A program made the position numbers and the translations under genes. From assembly GCA_965215015.1 (NCBI GenBank), contig OZ244042.1, positions 2,016,001 to 2,080,000 of the forward strand: 64,000 bases of DNA, in the 5' to 3' direction. Shown in pieces: positions 1 through 10,017 of the stretch (position 1 is the first letter of the stretch; each line of letters opens with the position of its first letter). This DNA comes from Candidatus Poribacteria bacterium (GTDB taxonomy: Bacteria > Poribacteria > WGA-4E > PCPOR2b). Under the pieces are notes generated by a model. The model saw only the letters and a list, made by a program, of their open reading frames with translations, searched no databases and was not told the origin of the DNA.

Positions 1-293
1 TTGTTAGAGTTGATTCCAATGAACTGTACCCCTTGGCCTTTGTAGTCGTTATGTAGCGCAATAATCCTTTCGTTATACTCATTAGAAACAGGACATTGGG
101 CCGAAATGAACATCACAACTGTTGCCTTCTTGTCCCGACTCAAATCCTTGAGTGAATGCGCTTTGTCCATTGTGTCTTTGAGCGTGAAGTCGGCAACTTC
201 CTTATCCATCTTGATGGCGGCTGCGTCAGCAATCGCACTAGAAACTAGAGTAAAAATGAAGGTCAAGGCAAAAATTCGGATCAATAATTCCAT
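1..293 (-). CDS. exported thioredoxin-like redoxin (AhpC/TSA family), runs off window start
   Basis: Manual translation from ATG 293 (AGGAGG upstream): MELLIRIFALTFIFTLVSSAIA...DFTLKD...VVMFISAQCPVSNEYNERI...VQFIGINSN; signal peptide plus redoxin fold with CPVS motif. Confidence 0.85.
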   Translation of the reverse strand, partial: MELLIRIFALTFIFTLVSSAIADAAAIKMDKEVADFTLKDTMDKAHSLKDLSRDKKATVVMFISAQCPVSNEYNERIIALHNDYKGQGVQFIGINSN

Positions 294-835
294 CTGATTC
301 CTCCTAAAGCTATAATCAATCTTCCATCTCTCGAATCCACATAATATTATATTAAGACGTTTGACATCTCCTTCCGTTTAAGACTGATTTTATCTGTTTG
401 GACAAATTCAACCTCGTACCGCTTAAATTTTACACCCTTTGTAGCGATAATCCTTAACATCTAAACGTTCAAATTGAAACGAAGGTGACAGCTACTAGAA
501 AAAAATATAACAATCCCTTCCCGATAATACACATCAATCTCCAAATCTGTTCCGAACTGTGGCTCCAAAAAAAAACGGTGAAGTTTGTTGATTTCCTATT
601 TTTGAATTAACGCTACCATTGAATATAGGTAATACGCCGATTTGTTTGCCCCCCTTCTTGTTTCATTGCCTCACTCCTCCTGAACCATTTTGTGCAGCGA
701 CATGGTAACAACTGAACATAAACGAACATATCTATTACCGACGGTTCCACTCGGGAAAGGCACGCTCCATGTGAGGGATTGCCAGCGATTCCAACGTTAT
801 GAGGGTTTAGAATTGACGTTTAATGTAAAACAATT

Positions 836-2230
836 TCATCTGTTGCGCCGGTCCCGTAATTGTGCTTCAGCTCCCGGCATGATATAGCATTGCCCGTTTG
901 TGACTTCAGAGACACCGCGCTGGAACTCATCAACAAATCCACCACCATGACCCACCGGCACAATACCTCCAATAACGTTGACTTGCGCGCCGGTCTGACG
1001 GCAGACTGCTATCGCCTTTGCAGATGTATACTCTGTTCCCGGGCCGCTACTGGAAGATTCATCAGTTACGATAAAGAGTACGAGTTTCCGATTGTCTGGT
1101 GTTTGGAGTTTAGGTACACCTTCCATAACTGCGTCCAACAGGTGTTCATCACCACGTCCGGGTGTACGAAACATCTGCCTTACCTGTTCAGTATTTAACG
1201 GTGGTTTCGTTATCACAACTGAACTTTCGCCGCCCCCCGATCTTGCCCAGAATCGGATGACTCCAAGACGGTAGTCCAGCTCCTTACCATCCAAAATCTT
1301 GACCAGCGAATCCAGTCCTGTGCAGATTTTGTCCATTTTATCGTACATGCTCAAGCTGGAGTCAAAGATGAACACCAAATCGGCAGGTTGCTTTACTGTT
1401 GCAGCAATATGTCGAGCGATGCGCTTGAAAACGCTGTCAATATCGAGTATAGATCGTTTTATTAGAGGCACATGTTCGACCTTACGTCGGTTTTCCCTAG
1501 TACCGTACCATTTGCCATTGGTCCGGTCGGCTAATAGCATTTGTATCTCTTCGTTGATCCCAATGACGTTGAGTCGAATTTCATCCTGTTCACACCAATC
1601 CAAGATTTTCTCGACAACCTCATTTTTTTCGTCTCCGCCACCCCAAGTTGTTTTCAACGCCGAATTTGTCACAACGACGAAGTGCTTTTCGGCGTCCCAG
1701 CGGAACTTCAAATCTGTAAGGCCTCTCATAATCGCGTTAAGCCCATATCCAACAATAGGACCCTTAAACTTCGCCACCGGCAACCTACGAAAATTTTCTT
1801 GAATCGGAAGAAGCCCCCTCTGTAGTGGTTTGACTATGATTTGCGAGCCACCGATATTTTGAAACCAAATGAGCGCGAACTGATAATCAATCACTGATTC
1901 TTCAAAGACCCGCGCCATATCGGCAATCCGTCTTTCAACCTTTCTGCCCAGATCTCTCATCGCCAAACTCCCGTCAATAACAAATACCAGATCGACTGCT
2001 TGATTTATGCTGTCACGACTTGCACGCTCGGCAATTTCGACGAGACTTTTACCGATATCAACAGTGTTCTTTTTATTTAGCTCATTTGGGTTCGCCACCA
2101 CATGCCTCTTTCGACGCAGGGACCCTTCTTCCGACGGTGTAACTGTCGCCATGCCATCAGGACCAACCCAAGCTGCTAATATCATCAACCCAATTAGACA
2201 TTTCCAAATGTGTTGTTTCGGTGATTTCAT
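836..2230 (-). CDS. secreted protein with two von Willebrand factor A domains
   Basis: Signal peptide; two DLVF(V/I)xDxSxx MIDAS-type motifs (DLVFVIDGSLAM, DLVFIFDSSLSM) and VVVTN/FIVTDE strands. Confidence 0.8.
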   Translation of the reverse strand: MKSPKQHIWKCLIGLMILAAWVGPDGMATVTPSEEGSLRRKRHVVANPNELNKKNTVDIGKSLVEIAERASRDSINQAVDLVFVIDGSLAMRDLGRKVERRIADMARVFEESVIDYQFALIWFQNIGGSQIIVKPLQRGLLPIQENFRRLPVAKFKGPIVGYGLNAIMRGLTDLKFRWDAEKHFVVVTNSALKTTWGGGDEKNEVVEKILDWCEQDEIRLNVIGINEEIQMLLADRTNGKWYGTRENRRKVEHVPLIKRSILDIDSVFKRIARHIAATVKQPADLVFIFDSSLSMYDKMDKICTGLDSLVKILDGKELDYRLGVIRFWARSGGGESSVVITKPPLNTEQVRQMFRTPGRGDEHLLDAVMEGVPKLQTPDNRKLVLFIVTDESSSSGPGTEYTSAKAIAVCRQTGAQVNVIGGIVPVGHGGGFVDEFQRGVSEVTNGQCYIMPGAEAQLRDRRNR

Positions 2231-2464
2231 GACTTTCCTCCCATGTGATATAAAGTGCTAATATTAGTTGAAACTGCGGAGCCTCGAGAACTCTAATGCC
2301 ACGCAGTTACTGTCGGATCTCAGAGGAGGACGCACATAGTATGCCACATCCGATAAAGGGTGGATTTCGCGTTTGTAGGCGCATTTCTCACCATTTATGG
2401 CGAAATGGGAGCTCTATATTGTTCATTTTTTTTACACTCTTGTTCACAAATTTGTCTTTCCATT

Positions 2465-3409
2465 TCATACCTCAATGCGTTTCGTCACTGAATGGGTGGG
2501 GCCTCCCCACCTAGGAATTGCAACTGTCCATTGCCCCGCAGGACCTCCAGCAACGACAATAATGACATCTTCAGGAAGCCGCTGTGTCTGTTCGTGTATA
2601 TACGCCTGTATGTTGCCCCTGTTAAAACCATCACGGGCGATTGTTTTCATGTGCTCAAGGCTAAATACAAGGACAATCTCAGCGGATGGGGACCCCAGCG
2701 CGGAAATGCTACCGCAAATTGTGTCTAGGATACTTTCCGCTGTGTTTCCACTGGAACCGATGTGATATGGAGAGGAACCTGCGTGGACTGTCACTGTACT
2801 GTCAGAAGATTGGAATCCACGCTCAATGTGCAAAGGCTGCCACAAACTCTCCTCCTCCCGTTCCGCGATGCAGAAGGTGTATTTGCCGGCATGACCCAAA
2901 GTGGAGCGGTCTAATTCGCCAGGCAATGCCCCACCGATATTCGTACCAATCAGGCGGATTGCCCGCCCAATCGTCGCGTTTGCACGCCAACCCTGTCCAA
3001 AAACGTTAAAACTATCGTTGAACTCCAACTGTTTTCGGATGGGACCATTGATAATCAGTAACGGTGTAGAATCAGCGGTTGTTACCTGAACACCGTGCAG
3101 ATTGAACTCTTTTTCGGTAATCGCCTCGACCGCTGCGATGACAACCGGCATATATTCCGGCTTGCAACCAGCCATCACCGCGTTAATAGCGATGCGTTCG
3201 ATTGTTGCGTGCCCCCACTTGGGGGGGATCGATGCGAGCAATTCATCCGGCTGCCTATCCGTACCAGCTAACATTTTTTTTACCCGATCCGGTATCGGTG
3301 GAACAACCGGCAAGCCATCAGTCCAACCGTTTTGGTAACAAACTTCGATGAGGTCCGCGGCTTCAGCCGCTTCAACCTGATTTGACTGCCATTGGATCTG
3401 TGTCATCAT
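2465..3409 (-). CDS. conserved hypothetical protein (GWTDGLPVVPP family)
   Basis: Motifs GWTDGLPVVPP, IAINAVMAGC, RANATIGRA of a widespread uncharacterised family. Confidence 0.7.
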   Translation of the reverse strand: MMTQIQWQSNQVEAAEAADLIEVCYQNGWTDGLPVVPPIPDRVKKMLAGTDRQPDELLASIPPKWGHATIERIAINAVMAGCKPEYMPVVIAAVEAITEKEFNLHGVQVTTADSTPLLIINGPIRKQLEFNDSFNVFGQGWRANATIGRAIRLIGTNIGGALPGELDRSTLGHAGKYTFCIAEREEESLWQPLHIERGFQSSDSTVTVHAGSSPYHIGSSGNTAESILDTICGSISALGSPSAEIVLVFSLEHMKTIARDGFNRGNIQAYIHEQTQRLPEDVIIVVAGGPAGQWTVAIPRWGGPTHSVTKRIEV

Positions 3410-3505
3410 AAATTTCCTTTCAATTTCTCAACTTTTGTGATATTATGCTAAAATATAAAAAAATAATATCTTACGCAGGGCACTATATAAAATGGAGACA
3501 TACTT

Positions 3506-4984
3506 ATGCGGATCGCAACGGGTTGCATCGGTCATGAAACAAACACATTTTCATCGGTGCCGACTTCAATTGACGATTTTAAGAGAAGTTACCACATCGG
3601 CAACGAGATCATCTCAGCCTTCAAAAAGACGAGCACCATCACCGGCGGGTTTATTGAGAGTTCGGAGAAGCTCGGGATCCAAATCATTCCGCTCTTATGG
3701 ACCTTCGCTACCCCCTCTGGTGCTGTTGAGCAAAGAGCGTACGATACGCTTAAAGGAGAGTTCCTCAATCTCTTGCGAAACGCTGGGCAAATTGACGGAG
3801 TTTTCCTAGATTTACACGGGGCAATGGCAACGGAGGAAATCGAAGATGCTGAGGGCGATGTCATCCGATCGGTGCGTGAAATTGTCGGCTCCCTCCCAAT
3901 TGTTGTGACGCTAGATCTTCACGCGAATATCACCGTCGAGATGGCGGAATACAGTGACACAATTATCGGATTCGACACCTACCCCCATGTCGATTGCTAT
4001 GACCGAGGTGTTGAAGCCGCACAGGTGATATTTGACATCGTTCGTGGAAATATCCAGCCGACAATGGCATATCGCCAACTGCCGTTATTGACTTCACCGC
4101 CGGCGCAATGTACGATGAAACCCTTGATGAGCAGAGCGGTAGAACACCTTCACGCCCTCGAAACGCAACCGGGAGTGGTAACGGCAACCCTGTCAATGGG
4201 TTTTCCCTTTGCAGATATACATGATGCCGGTGTCTCGGTGCTCGTCACGACTAACGCCGATCAGCAACTCGCTGAACAGTATACAGACAATTTTGCGAAG
4301 TACATCTGGGACATGCGAGAGGCATTTAATCTGAACCTCGTTTCCGTTGAAGAGGCAATCGAGGTCGCTAACCGAGCGGAAGAGCAGCCAATTGTTCTTG
4401 CAGAGGGTTCAGATAATCCCGGTGGTGGCGGCCCCTGCGATGGAACGATTATTCTTAGGAAATTCATTGAAGCCGATGTCCAAGATGCGGTAATCGCTAT
4501 AATCGCTGACCCAGAGTCCGTAGCACTTGCAATCGAATCCGGAGTCGGCAATACGGTAGCACTTGATGTCGGTGGAAAGACGATTCCGCTGCACGGCGAT
4601 CCAGTTGCATTGACAGGTTATGTGAAAACAATTTCTGACGGTCAATTTGTGTATAAGGGACCGATGGGACGTGGAATCAGAAGCAGTTTGGGACGCACTG
4701 CCGTTGTCAAGGTTGGCGGTGTCGAAATCATCCTGACGGAACATCGTGTTCAACCCATTGACGCTGAAGTGCTTCGTAGTGTCGGCATTGAACCGCGGGA
4801 TCGGAAACTCATTGCGCTCAAATCGGCTGTTCACTTCCGTGCAGACTATACGCCAATCGCCCATAGAATCTTAGAGGTAGATACCCCCGGTGTGCATAGC
4901 CCAGATCTCTTTTCCTACGATTATCAGAAGGTCCGACGCCCCATTTACCCACTAGACGCAGACGTTGAATTTCGACAAACGTGA
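3506..4984 (+). CDS. M81 family metallopeptidase (MlrC-like)
   Basis: HETNTFS, LDLHGAM, LDLHAN, YPHVD, DNPGGG, KSAVHFRA motifs. Confidence 0.92.
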   Translation: MRIATGCIGHETNTFSSVPTSIDDFKRSYHIGNEIISAFKKTSTITGGFIESSEKLGIQIIPLLWTFATPSGAVEQRAYDTLKGEFLNLLRNAGQIDGVFLDLHGAMATEEIEDAEGDVIRSVREIVGSLPIVVTLDLHANITVEMAEYSDTIIGFDTYPHVDCYDRGVEAAQVIFDIVRGNIQPTMAYRQLPLLTSPPAQCTMKPLMSRAVEHLHALETQPGVVTATLSMGFPFADIHDAGVSVLVTTNADQQLAEQYTDNFAKYIWDMREAFNLNLVSVEEAIEVANRAEEQPIVLAEGSDNPGGGGPCDGTIILRKFIEADVQDAVIAIIADPESVALAIESGVGNTVALDVGGKTIPLHGDPVALTGYVKTISDGQFVYKGPMGRGIRSSLGRTAVVKVGGVEIILTEHRVQPIDAEVLRSVGIEPRDRKLIALKSAVHFRADYTPIAHRILEVDTPGVHSPDLFSYDYQKVRRPIYPLDADVEFRQT

Positions 4985-5036
4985 CCGGTCGTTGTCTCCT
5001 TACAACAAACCTGCTTTAACCTCTAGAGGCATTACC

Positions 5037-6353
5037 ATGAGAACAATTTTATACATCGCATCCGTCCGGATTGCAATTCTCCTTTTACTGGTTTCGGGAG
5101 GCGGCGCAACACACGCCTCACCCGTTGCAATACTCGGTGCATTTGATGAAGAAGTCGCAATCCTTGAGGGACAACTTGTCAATCCAAAGACGCATACAAT
5201 CGAGAGAATCCAGTTCCTCACAGGGACACTCAACGAGCAAGACGTAGTTATTGCAAGGACAGGGGTTGGCAAAGTCAACGCAGCGATGACAGCTACTCTG
5301 CTCATTGAGCATTTTCAGCCTAATGGAGTTGTCTTCACAGGGGTTGCCGGTGGACTCAATCCAGACCTGCAAATCGGCGATATTGTCATCGCACAAAAGA
5401 CAGCGCAACACGATTTAGGCAAATTAGAGTCAACCGAAATCGAAAACACAGGCGTTAGGAATCCCATCAATGGGAACCGAAACCCTGTCTTCTTTCCTGC
5501 GGACCCTGAACTCTTGCAGATAGCAGAAACCGCTCTGGGGGCCATTGAACTCAACCCATTTCAAACCCCTCAAGGTCAACGATACCCACGAATCATCAAG
5601 GGAACGGTCGTAACTGGGGATGTATTTGTCGCTTCTGATGCAAAAAAAACAACCTTGCACAAAAATCTCGGTGCAGATGCGGTCGAGATGGAAGGCGCAG
5701 CAGTTGCCCAAGTCTGCTGGCAGCACAATATCCCCTGCTTGGTCATACGCAGCTTGAGCGATAATGCCGGCCCAAATGCTTCAGAAGATTTTAAGAAATA
5801 CTACAAAATCGCTGCTCGTAATTCCGCAGCACTCGTCTCCCGAATCGTCAGCCAACGTCATTCCGAGCAATTGCCGCAGCCGGACATGACAATTAATCAG
5901 CAGCAGCAACAGGATTCCCCTGTATTACCACAGCAAAATGGGTTGACCCCCAATGAAAAACGATTTCAGGAGATACTTTCCGGCGTTACGCTCGCCGGGC
6001 ACTTCACAATCACAGGGGAGGGGGATCAGAATACCCTTAGAGAAGAAAAGTATACCATCGTAAAAGTTACCAAAATGAGCGATGATTACTGGCTCTTCTT
6101 TGCACGAATTCAGTACGGTGGGAAGGATGTTACTGTGCCATTGCCACTTGAAGTCAAATGGGCAGAGGACACCCCCATCATCACATTGACTGATCGGGAG
6201 CTGCCAAACTTGGGAACCTACACTGCAAGGGTGATAATCTATCGCGGACAATATGCTGGTACATGGAGCAGCGACAAGCACGGAGGGCATCTGTTCGGGA
6301 TAATAACCAAAAGCACGTCCGAATCAGATGATATTGACTCTCAACAGGATTAG
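5037..6353 (+). CDS. mtnN: 5'-methylthioadenosine/S-adenosylhomocysteine nucleosidase with signal peptide and extra C-terminal domain
   Basis: ILGAFDEE, TGVGKVNAA, FTGVAGG, VEMEGAAVAQVC, IRSLSDNA; ATG 5037 chosen; about 135 extra residues after a Q-rich linker. Confidence 0.85.
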   Translation: MRTILYIASVRIAILLLLVSGGGATHASPVAILGAFDEEVAILEGQLVNPKTHTIERIQFLTGTLNEQDVVIARTGVGKVNAAMTATLLIEHFQPNGVVFTGVAGGLNPDLQIGDIVIAQKTAQHDLGKLESTEIENTGVRNPINGNRNPVFFPADPELLQIAETALGAIELNPFQTPQGQRYPRIIKGTVVTGDVFVASDAKKTTLHKNLGADAVEMEGAAVAQVCWQHNIPCLVIRSLSDNAGPNASEDFKKYYKIAARNSAALVSRIVSQRHSEQLPQPDMTINQQQQQDSPVLPQQNGLTPNEKRFQEILSGVTLAGHFTITGEGDQNTLREEKYTIVKVTKMSDDYWLFFARIQYGGKDVTVPLPLEVKWAEDTPIITLTDRELPNLGTYTARVIIYRGQYAGTWSSDKHGGHLFGIITKSTSESDDIDSQQD

Positions 6354-6378
6354 TAGCGAATGCAGACTACTTATTATG

Positions 6379-6734
6379 ATAACGCAAGTTGCTAGGTTCT
6401 GTTGACATTTAACCAGATAAATCGAGGGGTGTGCAAAGATACACGGTCCTTCGTAGGGATTGGGTGTTGGTCAATGGGTAAAGGTACCTCACCCCCACGA
6501 TGATGGACAGTTTCACATAAATGCCAACACGCCCTTGCTATAGGAACCGTTGCAAATCAGCAAGGGAATCACTCACCGCTCGCAGTAGATTGACAAATCC
6601 ACTGCATTCGATTTTGGAAAATTGACCGACAGAAGTCCGGAGCCGTCTCAAGTTGTTCTGAATCCCGATCCTATCGGGAGCATCAGAATTGGTTCAATTT
6701 GTCAAATGTCAACACCCCTAGCAACCTCGGTTAT
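6379..6734. mobile_element. composite MITE-like element, family A ends (CTAG-GTTCTGTTGACATTT ... AAATGTCAACACCC-CTAG)
   Basis: Inverted ends 6392-6410 and 6704-6721, extra internal end 6519-6534, palindromic outer flanks; right part is the reverse-complement homologue of 13402-13480. Confidence 0.75.
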
Positions 6735-6798
6735 GATCGCATGTGTGCTCTATTTGAGGGGCACTCGACTTAACCTAACAATATGAGGAAATTAGACA

Positions 6799-7251
6799 GT
6801 GAAAATCAAAGGCGAGTACACAGTTTCCGCCCCGCGTGAAAGGGTCTGGGAATATTTCACGACTCCTGAACTTTTGCAGCAATGTATCCCCGGTTGCGAA
6901 GAGTTGAAACCCCTTAGTGATGATAGCTTTGAGGCTACAATCAAGGTAGGCGTCGCTACGATCAAAGGGGTATATAAAGGTTCCGTCAAAATAGAAAATA
7001 AGCAGCCGCCTTCAGCCTACCGTCTAGGCGTTCAGGGTAAAAGTAAGATTGGCTTTGTCAATGGGGCATGTGACTTGACCTTGGCAGAAGCCGGGGAAAA
7101 TCAAACAGCAGTCAACTTGACTGGAGAACTAACCGTGGGTGGAAAACTGGCCCGTGTAGGGCAGCGGGTCATCGGTGGGGCATCCAAGATGATGATCGGT
7201 AAGTTCTTCAACGAAGTTGAGCGATTGGCGAAATCCGAAGCGGCAACTTAA
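6799..7251 (+). CDS. CoxG / SRPBCC family protein
   Basis: APRERVW, CIPGCEEL, VGGKLARVGQR motifs typical of CoxG. Confidence 0.85.
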   Translation: MKIKGEYTVSAPRERVWEYFTTPELLQQCIPGCEELKPLSDDSFEATIKVGVATIKGVYKGSVKIENKQPPSAYRLGVQGKSKIGFVNGACDLTLAEAGENQTAVNLTGELTVGGKLARVGQRVIGGASKMMIGKFFNEVERLAKSEAAT

Positions 7252-8657
7252 GGGAGTTGATGGATGTATATGTCAGCATCTTTGCCCCGGTAATCACTCC
7301 AAACTATAAACGCACCGCCCCTGCCGTTGGCGATTGCACGCGGAGCAATCTGATCCCCGTCAGCCGTACATACGGGCACACCGTTAAACGGCCAAATTGA
7401 TTTGCCATCCACATCAATCCGTTGAGCATAAATTGCATCTGCGGTAACGTTCCCGTAATCCTCCCGAAAATCTTTCCAGTAGATAATTGCGCCTTGGGAG
7501 CCATCGGAAACAAGATGAGGTTCCCGCTGTACTCCCGCCGCCACACAGATAGAAATCCCGTTGTCCTGCCACATCGGCACCCCGTCCGGGTTGATTCGTT
7601 GGGCGTAAATATCGGCAAAAATATCACGGTCATCCCACCAAGTAACAATCAACCCACCCATACCGTCACTAATCCCTTCGGATTGTTGTTGATTTGACGG
7701 GTCATTACAGAAATTAATGCCGTCCTTTGCCCAGAGTGCCTGGCCGTTTGCATTGATCCGTTGAGCATAGAGGTCCGCACTACTGAAAATATTCGGATCG
7801 TTACGGTAGTCTGACCAAACAACAAACGCTCCCCCTGAACCATCAGCGACAACAAACGGACCTCCCTGATTGCCAGCGGCTGTACATACTGGAACACCCC
7901 CATTTTCCCAGACTTGCTCGCCTGTGGCCCCCATCCGTTGCGCGAAAACATTCCAATCCGGTGTACTGATGTCCCACCATGCAATGATTGCACCCCCGGC
8001 AGCGTCTGTCGTTAAAAACGGATCATACTGATCGCCTGCCCCTTTATAGACAGGGATACCGTTAAGGTCCCAAGCAGGTTTGCCCTTCCCATCAATCCGT
8101 TGGGCATAAATATCCAAATTACCGTGCCGCGAATCCTCCCATACAATAATCGCCCCGCCGTTACCGTCGGAAATGGCTTTGACATCCTCCTTCAAGAAGG
8201 GCACGATGCTGACAGGGATTCCATCCTTGCCCCAAAGTAATCTGCCGTTGACATCAATCCGTTGGGCATAGATGTCCCGATTGCGGTGGCGAGAGTCCCC
8301 AAAAACAACAATTGCACCCTCTTCCGCATCAGGGATAAGGAGGGGCCAGCTTTGTGCGTTGGGCTGTACGCAGATTGGAATACCATCGTTGGCCCACAGC
8401 ATCTCACCATTTATGCTAATCCGCTGTGCGAATACATCCCGATTTCCATGCCTCACATCGCGCCACGCCACGATGATGCCGCCATGGTTGTCAGAAATCA
8501 GGTCGGGGAAATGTTGATCCGCTGCCGCAGTACAGACTGGCAGATTTTGACCAGTATCCTCTATCCATTCAGCAGAAAGGGACTGGAACGACACTGCCAC
8601 GAAAAGAAAAGAGAAAATGAGGAGACGGAATTTCCGTTGACTCTTCCATTTTTCCAT
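7248..8657 (-). CDS. secreted repeat protein (8 x about 55 aa DG.GGA..VW.D.R..DIYAQRI repeats; probable beta-propeller)
   Basis: Signal peptide and eight internal repeats visible in translation. Confidence 0.8.
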   Translation of the reverse strand: MEKWKSQRKFRLLIFSFLFVAVSFQSLSAEWIEDTGQNLPVCTAAADQHFPDLISDNHGGIIVAWRDVRHGNRDVFAQRISINGEMLWANDGIPICVQPNAQSWPLLIPDAEEGAIVVFGDSRHRNRDIYAQRIDVNGRLLWGKDGIPVSIVPFLKEDVKAISDGNGGAIIVWEDSRHGNLDIYAQRIDGKGKPAWDLNGIPVYKGAGDQYDPFLTTDAAGGAIIAWWDISTPDWNVFAQRMGATGEQVWENGGVPVCTAAGNQGGPFVVADGSGGAFVVWSDYRNDPNIFSSADLYAQRINANGQALWAKDGINFCNDPSNQQQSEGISDGMGGLIVTWWDDRDIFADIYAQRINPDGVPMWQDNGISICVAAGVQREPHLVSDGSQGAIIYWKDFREDYGNVTADAIYAQRIDVDGKSIWPFNGVPVCTADGDQIAPRAIANGRGGAFIVWSDYRGKDADIYIHQLP

Positions 8658-8775
8658 ACCTTCCTCCTATTTGACGAATAATTTGCACATAATCTGGAGG
8701 TCATTAACTGTCATAGATATGGGGGATCCGTACCGAAGCGTGGATAGGTGGGAGCAAGGGGCACGAAAACAAGCT

Positions 8776-8815
8776 TTTCCTAATTCACAAATTCGGCAAT
8801 TTGCGAATTAGGAAA
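8776..8815. terminator. imperfect hairpin downstream of the M23 peptidase gene, possible terminator
   Basis: TTTCCTAATTCACAAATT...AATTTGCGAATTAGGAAA inverted repeat. Confidence 0.4.
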
Positions 8816-8873
8816 TCCCTCACTTTGTCATCATGGTTGGATATTTAGTAATAGTACACGCTTGGTGCGGAGA

Positions 8874-9833
8874 CTAAGGATAAATATAGGTTCTCGGATT
8901 CTGCCATTTGCCATCGTCGTAGACCCCATAGTGCAAATGGGTGCCAGTACTTCTACCGCTGTTCCCTACATAACCGATAACTTCACGGCGTTTGACCCGT
9001 GTTCCAACTTGGAGACCATCAGCGTAATTTTGCAAGTGCCCGTATAAGGTCTTCATCTGTGAATCCGGATGTTCGATCTGAATCATATGGCCAAGATATG
9101 GATCCTTCTTGATTTGATCTATAATACCATCAGCAGTAGCAATCACCGGCGTCCCCCTAGCTGCCGCGATGTCCAATCCATTATGAAATTGGGTTTTTCT
9201 TGTCAACGGGTGCAAACGAGGGCCAAACTCGGAAGAAAACCAATAAGATAGGACTTCACCCTCCGTTGACCTCGAAATTGGCAAGATCCAAGGCCTCGCA
9301 AGTTCCCTTTTCGCATTGGCTTTTACATGTTCATAGATTGGTGTAAATTCTCTTTTCATCTGTTTTATCTCTACAATCCGATTAACTAGAGAACTGTCTG
9401 TGAAATCAGCAGTGATTGATGTTGGAGCAGGTCGGGTTTCAATAATCGAACTGGTTAATTCATCGTTCACCTCTTGAGCACTAGTCTCACCCCCCCCCTG
9501 TCCGAGGACACCTTGCCCTGAGCCAATACCTAAAACACGACGTACCGTATCCGCCATTTCACGGAGACCTCGGAGCTCTTTGTCGACTGCCTGCTCCTTT
9601 TGTTGCTGCTGCTTAATTGTATTTTCAAGCTGCTCTCTACTCGTAATTTCACCTTGTAACTCAATCTGGTAACGAAGGCTGCGTTTTATCTCTAAAGCAG
9701 CAAAACTGATTATACAAAACAACGAAAGACATAGAACCAGACCTAGGCATAATGCAAGCCCCCGGTGAATCGAGAATTGCCGTACTAAATCTTGATTGGA
9801 TGACATGATGAGAAGCGTATATGTGTTTTTCAA
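8874..9833 (-). CDS. M23 family peptidoglycan endopeptidase with TM anchor and coiled coil
   Basis: HNGLDIA, YGHL, STGTHLHY motifs; probable TTG start 9833 after AGGAGG (ORF is open to 9947). Confidence 0.9.
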   Translation of the reverse strand: MKNTYTLLIMSSNQDLVRQFSIHRGLALCLGLVLCLSLFCIISFAALEIKRSLRYQIELQGEITSREQLENTIKQQQQKEQAVDKELRGLREMADTVRRVLGIGSGQGVLGQGGGETSAQEVNDELTSSIIETRPAPTSITADFTDSSLVNRIVEIKQMKREFTPIYEHVKANAKRELARPWILPISRSTEGEVLSYWFSSEFGPRLHPLTRKTQFHNGLDIAAARGTPVIATADGIIDQIKKDPYLGHMIQIEHPDSQMKTLYGHLQNYADGLQVGTRVKRREVIGYVGNSGRSTGTHLHYGVYDDGKWQNPRTYIYP

Positions 9834-9967
9834 TGAATTCCTCCTTCTTTCAATGAATTCCTCCTTCATAGTAACACAATCTAAAATATAAGTTTGATCA
9901 CTGGATATAAACCATATTAGTATAGCATAAATATTGAGGTAAGGCAAGCGTATTGTCTATATCTTTT

Positions 9968-10017
9968 AGGGTCATTTAGTTCTCTTGTAGGAGGGATTTC
10001 CGAATTCCGACACACCG
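9968..10017. mobile_element. family D element end carrying a GTAG REP hairpin
   Basis: AGGGTCATTTAGTTCTCTT-GTAGGAGGGATTTCCGAATTCCGAC; reverse-complement homologue at 33757-33807. Confidence 0.65.

Noticed and set aside
613-680. Minus-strand ATG at 666 with a strong AGGAGG
   Set aside because: Only 17 codons before a stop and no recognisable motif
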